Origin: a bacterium
GTDB taxonomy: Bacteria; SAR324; JACQKK01
DNA length: 64,000 nucleotides
Direction: 5' to 3'
Assembly: GCA_965240465.1 (NCBI GenBank)
Contig: OZ251219.1
Location: 1 to 64,000, forward strand
The notes under the pieces were generated by a model. The model saw only the letters and a program-made list of their open reading frames with translations. It did no database searches and was not told the origin of the DNA. Shown piece after piece: positions 59,227 to 64,000 of this stretch (the first letter of the stretch is position 1; each line of letters starts with the position of its first letter). The translations under genes and the position numbers were made by a program.

Positions 59227-59245
59227 AATAATGAATATCATTCTC
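59227..59245. promoter_or_regulatory. Fur-like box upstream of the metal transporter
   Basis: AATAATGAATATCATTCTC, 15/19 to GATAATGATAATCATTATC, with extra overlapping hexamers. Confidence 0.65.
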
Positions 59246-59364
59246 ATTACCGTCCCATTGTCTACCACGCCTTACCTACTTGTCAATAAGGATCACAAAA
59301 TTATTTTTGAAAACAACTTTTAACAGTCGCTAGAAAAAGCAGACTCTTATCCAAAGGCCAACGC

Positions 59365-60465
59365 CTAACCACCATACATTAGTCTCTGACGCTTAAAATG
59401 ACGTAGTGTACCGCGTTCTCGTACATCACCAGCTTTAAGAATCACAGCATCAGTAGCACTCTTGCCATCTGGGCTGACCAGCGTACCTCCCACCGCTAAA
59501 CGCCAAGCAGGAATCACGGGTATCTGATATTCAACCCCATTAACTTCCAAAAGTAGCGGCGGCAAAACTTGCCCGCTAGCTTCGTCGTATATTTTCTTTC
59601 CCAAAGCCATAACCACGCCACTAGCAAGCACTGCACCTTCCTGTACAATCCCTGCCACTTCACACATGGCTCCAATCCGTACTTTGTTTTCAACTATGGT
59701 TGGCATGCGTCCTGAAGGCTCTAACACCCCTTCTAATCCTGTACCCGCACCCAATTTCACCCCCAGACCTACCTGAGTTGCAGAAGCCACCCGTACTCCC
59801 GTATCTACCATTACTCCGTCGCCGCCAATCCAAGCCCCTATGTTTATAAATGCCTGACTCATGACCACTGTCCCTGCCCCCAACCAAGCCCCCCGCCGTA
59901 CCACCGAACCAGGCAAATAACGAACCCCACCTTCACGAAAACGAGTAGCATCCCAGCATGCAGTCTTCAAAGGAATCTTGTCCCAATAGCCACCCTCCAT
60001 ACGGGTATTCTCATGAGTAGAAAAATAATTCAGTACCCCTTGCATCACCCATACTTGAGGTTGCCACTCCCCATCTACCTTCTCTGCACAACGAACCCGA
60101 CCATCATCCATTAAATCAATTAAATCTTCTGTATCCCCCGCCGAACCCTCAAGCTTATTCAACCTCTCCACCACTCCCTCACTCCCCTCTACCATCTCTA
60201 CTTGCACACCCTTAAAAATCTCTTCTGAAATCAACAAACTCGCTATCGCGTCCTCCTTTTCTAAACACCTCCGCTCAGCCGACCCCAAGTCACCCAATAG
60301 TGACCAATTCAAGCTACACTCTCCATCATCACCCTCCACTGATAGCAACGACAATATTCTTAACACCTCGCCATTATCACCCAAATTAGGCAACACCGCG
60401 TGCGTTTCATCACCGATTCTCAGACGCATTAACACAATCTGTTTCCAATTTTTAAACTTTGCCAT
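59365..60465 (-). CDS. dapD: Tetrahydrodipicolinate N-succinyltransferase with N-terminal extension
   Basis: G.VR.AEK..GEW...WV..G.L.YF, YWDKIPLK, VRRGA, INIGA, MVDT, GVLEP. Confidence 0.8.
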   Translation of the reverse strand: MAKFKNWKQIVLMRLRIGDETHAVLPNLGDNGEVLRILSLLSVEGDDGECSLNWSLLGDLGSAERRCLEKEDAIASLLISEEIFKGVQVEMVEGSEGVVERLNKLEGSAGDTEDLIDLMDDGRVRCAEKVDGEWQPQVWVMQGVLNYFSTHENTRMEGGYWDKIPLKTACWDATRFREGGVRYLPGSVVRRGAWLGAGTVVMSQAFINIGAWIGGDGVMVDTGVRVASATQVGLGVKLGAGTGLEGVLEPSGRMPTIVENKVRIGAMCEVAGIVQEGAVLASGVVMALGKKIYDEASGQVLPPLLLEVNGVEYQIPVIPAWRLAVGGTLVSPDGKSATDAVILKAGDVRERGTLRHFKRQRLMYGG

Positions 60466-60546
60466 TTAACTTTATGTACCTATTTTACTATCCAAAAGAA
60501 AGATTGAAATATTTCTTACAGAAACACTTTCCCTGCATGAAACTGT

Positions 60547-61434
60547 TTAGGCAATACCCATAAAAATAGTTTTTGAGCTGGGGGTAATTTGGAATTGGTG
60601 CTGAGGTGGGATTGCTTCGCCATCCAATTGGGCTGCCAAGGGAGTTTCTGAGTTGATAGTACAGTAATTTCCCAGTTGATATTGGGAAAATTTGGTAGTG
60701 TTTTGTTTGAGGGGTACAAAGATTTTCAGTAGCATAGCAGTAAGATGTCCTAAAGGGGCAGCTACAAATACCAATTGGGGTTTAAGCAATCCTGCTTGGG
60801 AATGGATAATAAAAGGACCGGCGTATCGTTTAGCACGGCAAGCTATCAACCAGACAGATTGTCGTTGTGGAGAAGGGGGGCTGGAAGGCTGGGCTGATTT
60901 TGTGTGAACCTGCCAAGAAAATGATATCTTGGGAGACAAAAATTCTCGTAAACCCTGCAAGACATAGCTACCCACTCCCAGCCATTGTTTTTGCCATCTC
61001 CTTGTAGCATGCACTACGCGGGCATCGTATCCGAAGCTAGCCATCAGTAAAAAGGCACGCCCGTTCAGGCTACCAGGACGCACCTTAATAACCCTCATAC
61101 GAGCAACGGCGGGAGCTATTTTTCGGGTCTGTAAGGGAATGTTTAGTTCTCGTGCCAGAACATTTGCTGTTCCTCCGGGCAAACATATCAGCGGAAGTTG
61201 ACGCCCCAGCAGTCCATTGGCAGCTTCATTGAATGAGCCATCTCCCCCCATCACCGCCACCCTGGTTACACCCCTGACCTGTTGTACCAACTCCCTCAAG
61301 TGCCCTGGATATTTGCTTTCCTGCACCCGAGTCTGAATCCCTTCCGCATGTAGTCCTCTCAAGATGGCTTCTAGACGTGCAGAAGAATACCTCCCCGCTT
61401 TTGGATTATACAGTACCGCCCAGTTCTCCATCAT
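60547..61434 (-). CDS. Diacylglycerol/lipid kinase family (YegS-like)
   Basis: NPKAG, GGDGSFNE, LPGGTANVLA, G.DA, QLDGE. Confidence 0.9.
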   Translation of the reverse strand: MMENWAVLYNPKAGRYSSARLEAILRGLHAEGIQTRVQESKYPGHLRELVQQVRGVTRVAVMGGDGSFNEAANGLLGRQLPLICLPGGTANVLARELNIPLQTRKIAPAVARMRVIKVRPGSLNGRAFLLMASFGYDARVVHATRRWQKQWLGVGSYVLQGLREFLSPKISFSWQVHTKSAQPSSPPSPQRQSVWLIACRAKRYAGPFIIHSQAGLLKPQLVFVAAPLGHLTAMLLKIFVPLKQNTTKFSQYQLGNYCTINSETPLAAQLDGEAIPPQHQFQITPSSKTIFMGIA

Positions 61435-61648
61435 TTCCCTAAAACTTAGTGATAGCCCTTACAAAACATACCCGTGCTCTTCGTAATTTATGGATATGTC
61501 TACTCAGACTTCTCAACCCTATTTAGCCTAGCATGTATCATTTAGTGCTGAATAATGGTAGAGTTCGCTTTACTTTCGGTTGCTTGTTCTAATTTTTTTG
61601 CTGTTTTTTGGTTTCTTTTTTTGGCAATTTCCGTTTTGCTATTTAATC

Positions 61649-62608
61649 ATGCCCGATGCTCTAGCATCTCAATTTGTTCAACCTAAGTATGCGTCTACTG
61701 TTGCCAAGGAACAGGCACGGGTTTTATTTTTGTGTCAGCAACAGATTGTGTTGGCCCTGGAAGGTATTGACGGAAGTCGTTTTAAGCAAGATTTTTGGCA
61801 ACGGAGTGGTAGCACAAGCGGGAGTGGTCTCAGTTGTGTGTTGGAGGAGGGGGAAATTTTTGAAAAGGGAGCCGTGTTGTTTTCATCTGTACAGGGTGAG
61901 AAGCTACCTAAGACAGCTTTAACAGGCTCAAGTGGACAGAGTACATTGGAAGAGAGTCCTTTTTTTGCGACTGGATTATCGTTGATTCTTCACCCTCACA
62001 ACCCTTATGTACCCGCGGTTCATCTGAATGTTCGTTACTTTGAGACAAGCAATTATTGGTGGTTTGGCGGAGGCATGGATCTAACTCCTTTTTATCCTTT
62101 CACCGAAGATTGCATTGAATTTCATCAGGCAGCCAAATGTGCCTGCGATAAATTTGATCCTAACTGGTATGCTCGTTTTAAGGCTTGGTGCGATGAATAT
62201 TTTTATCTTCCTCATCGCAAAGAATGCCGAGGAATAGGCGGTATTTTTTTTAATCATCTTCGTCCCCGTAGTCAGGAGCTGGGCTTAGAATTTTTACAGT
62301 CTGTCATCAAAGCATTTTTGCGTGCTTATCCTGCCATTGTGAAGAGGAGATCTCCCCTTTCTTATGGCCAGTGTGAACGCGATTTTCTGACATACCGTCG
62401 CGGGCGTTACGTGGAATTCAACCTTCTATATGACCAAGGTACTTTGTTTGGGCTACAATCTGATGGGCGAGTAGAATCAATCTTCATGTCCATGCCCCCG
62501 CAAGTCAGCTGGCGTTACAACTGGCAACCACCACCAAACAGCCCTGAGGCTAAACTCACCAAGCATTTTCTGCAGCCTCAGGACTGGGCTAATCAAAAAC
62601 TGCCCTAA
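61649..62608 (+). CDS. hemF: Oxygen-dependent coproporphyrinogen III oxidase
   Basis: HPHNPYVPAVHLNVR, WFGGGMDLTP, RGIGGIFF, RRGRYVEFNL.YD.GT.FGL. Confidence 0.95.
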   Translation: MPDALASQFVQPKYASTVAKEQARVLFLCQQQIVLALEGIDGSRFKQDFWQRSGSTSGSGLSCVLEEGEIFEKGAVLFSSVQGEKLPKTALTGSSGQSTLEESPFFATGLSLILHPHNPYVPAVHLNVRYFETSNYWWFGGGMDLTPFYPFTEDCIEFHQAAKCACDKFDPNWYARFKAWCDEYFYLPHRKECRGIGGIFFNHLRPRSQELGLEFLQSVIKAFLRAYPAIVKRRSPLSYGQCERDFLTYRRGRYVEFNLLYDQGTLFGLQSDGRVESIFMSMPPQVSWRYNWQPPPNSPEAKLTKHFLQPQDWANQKLP

Positions 62609-62863
62609 TATTCTGAACCTTTTTTGTGCAAACATTGCTCTTAGAACACCTTAAAACGAATTATAAATGTCTTTTTATAACAATGTATTATGAAATAAAA
62701 TTTTGGAAAGCAGTGAATTTATATGGACGGCTTGCAAATTTCTTGTATCATGCTGGTGATGGCGGAGAGGTGCGACTTTGTTTCACCCTTTGTTTGCCAT
62801 GTGATACGAATCCATGGGCTAAAAGCTGAGTAATTGTAAGTTATCATTTAGAATTGAAGATTG

Positions 62864-62928
62864 AAAAGTATCGGATCCTGGGCTCCCCCCTTCCCCCCCA
62901 ATCCCGCCCAGGGTCCGGTATTACTTTT
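62864..62928 (+). other. Strong stem-loop with 22-nt C-rich loop followed by a U-tract (terminator or sRNA 3' end)
   Basis: tatcggatcctgggc (62869-83) pairs with gcccagggtccggta (62906-20), two G:U pairs on the + strand. Confidence 0.6.
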
Positions 62929-63207
62929 GGGTTCAGTTGTTGCGGGTGAGGATGCCTTTCCCGTGTATTTGTCGGGCGGTACTTTGTAGCCTCAGCAGTT
63001 CTTCTCGGTCTATTGTCGAAGGGGTGGAATCTGTGCTAGGGTGAGTGCTCTAGAAGTTTGCTTTAAAAATTGCCGTATTATTTGCCCTGTCCCTGTCCCA
63101 TGTGTTAGTCACTCCAAGGAGTTCAGCAGTTTTGGTAAGCTTAATATGCTTTAAGTCCTAACGTTTGTTACCGCCGCTTGGATTCCTCAGTAAGAAAAAT
63201 TAGTCGC

Positions 63208-64000
63208 ATGAAACAACACATGTCCTATCGCCAGTCTGTCTTGATTAGAACAGGATTGTTTACGGTGCTGTTAGCAGCTTTCGCTATTTGGGCGTACAAA
63301 GACGCACACTTTCTAAATACAACCCCATTAACGTCTCTGCCTCTCGCAGGTAGCAAATCTCTTAAGCTGGATGGCAACCCTTTCTCTTTGGAATCTCTCC
63401 ATAATCGTCTGCCTAAGAGCGGTTTGGACAGAGTATCTGCCAACATTCAGTATTTTTCAGGCAGGCAGCAGGGACGCATGACCCGAGGCTTAGCACGTTC
63501 CAATCGCTACATGACGCAGTATCGTAGCATTTTCCAGCAACAAGGCATCCCCGTAGAACTAACTTACCTGCCCTTGATAGAAAGCGGTTTTATGGAAACT
63601 GCCGTATCGCCAGCACAGGCAGTAGGAATGTGGCAATTTATTGCTTCTACCGGCAAAATCTTTAACTTGCACGCCAATCAATGGAGCGATAGCCGCCGTG
63701 ACCCCATCAAGAGTGCACACGCAGCAGCACGCTATCTGAAGCAATTGCATAAGCGCTTTGACAACTGGGAACTGGCACTTGCTGCCTACAATGCAGGTGC
63801 AAGAACAGTTCAAACGTCTATACGCCGCAATAAAAGAGAGGGAAAACCTACTGATTTTTGGCACCTAGATCTACCACAAGAAACCCAAAACTATGTACCC
63901 GCTTTTCTGGCTGCGGTAATCATCTCAAAAAATCCACCTGCCTATGGGCTTAACATCCGCTTTGAACCACAACTACAATTTGACATAATCCAAACCGGCC
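63208..64000 (+). CDS. MltD-like lytic transglycosylase, runs off the window edge
   Basis: Not in ORF track; GIPVELTYLPLIESGF...AVGMWQFI...WELALAAYNAG...LPQETQNYVP. Confidence 0.88.
   Translation, partial: MKQHMSYRQSVLIRTGLFTVLLAAFAIWAYKDAHFLNTTPLTSLPLAGSKSLKLDGNPFSLESLHNRLPKSGLDRVSANIQYFSGRQQGRMTRGLARSNRYMTQYRSIFQQQGIPVELTYLPLIESGFMETAVSPAQAVGMWQFIASTGKIFNLHANQWSDSRRDPIKSAHAAARYLKQLHKRFDNWELALAAYNAGARTVQTSIRRNKREGKPTDFWHLDLPQETQNYVPAFLAAVIISKNPPAYGLNIRFEPQLQFDIIQTG

Noticed and set aside
62626-62829. 67-aa ORF, or a known ncRNA (6S/tmRNA/RNase P) in the hemF-mltD gap
   Set aside because: No RBS or recognisable motif, and no hallmark sequences of those RNAs found.

Overview
Mostly core chromosome of a Gram-negative bacterium, possibly deltaproteobacterial/SAR324-like and host-associated (inference). 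Housekeeping genes include kdsA/kdsD, coaA, xth, rpmH-rnpA-yidD-yidC, mutS, gpmI, lon, yajC-secDF, manC, dprA, bamD, aroC, thiO, dapD and hemF, plus tRNA-His and tRNA-Ser. There are several repeat-rich surface proteins (RCC1 x2, TPR, Sel1, GLUG). Accessory DNA: (i) a defence hotspot at 23.5-28 kb where a Type ISP-like R-M gene is destroyed, and two cassettes, each led by an unannotated IS1595-transposase C-terminal remnant, carry a Panacea toxin-antitoxin pair and a fused R-M-S gene; (ii) an integrase-less islet at tRNA-Ser with a minimal GIY-YIG protein and a truncated excisionase, next to an HrgA-like nuclease; (iii) a reversed hicBA pair; (iv) tandem near-identical GT-C glycosyltransferases. 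Across the core DNA there is a kilobase-scale sawtooth GC skew that ignores gene orientation, and a high density of 11-19 bp tandem duplications, often near the skew jumps. All family calls are from motif recognition by eye; no searches were run.
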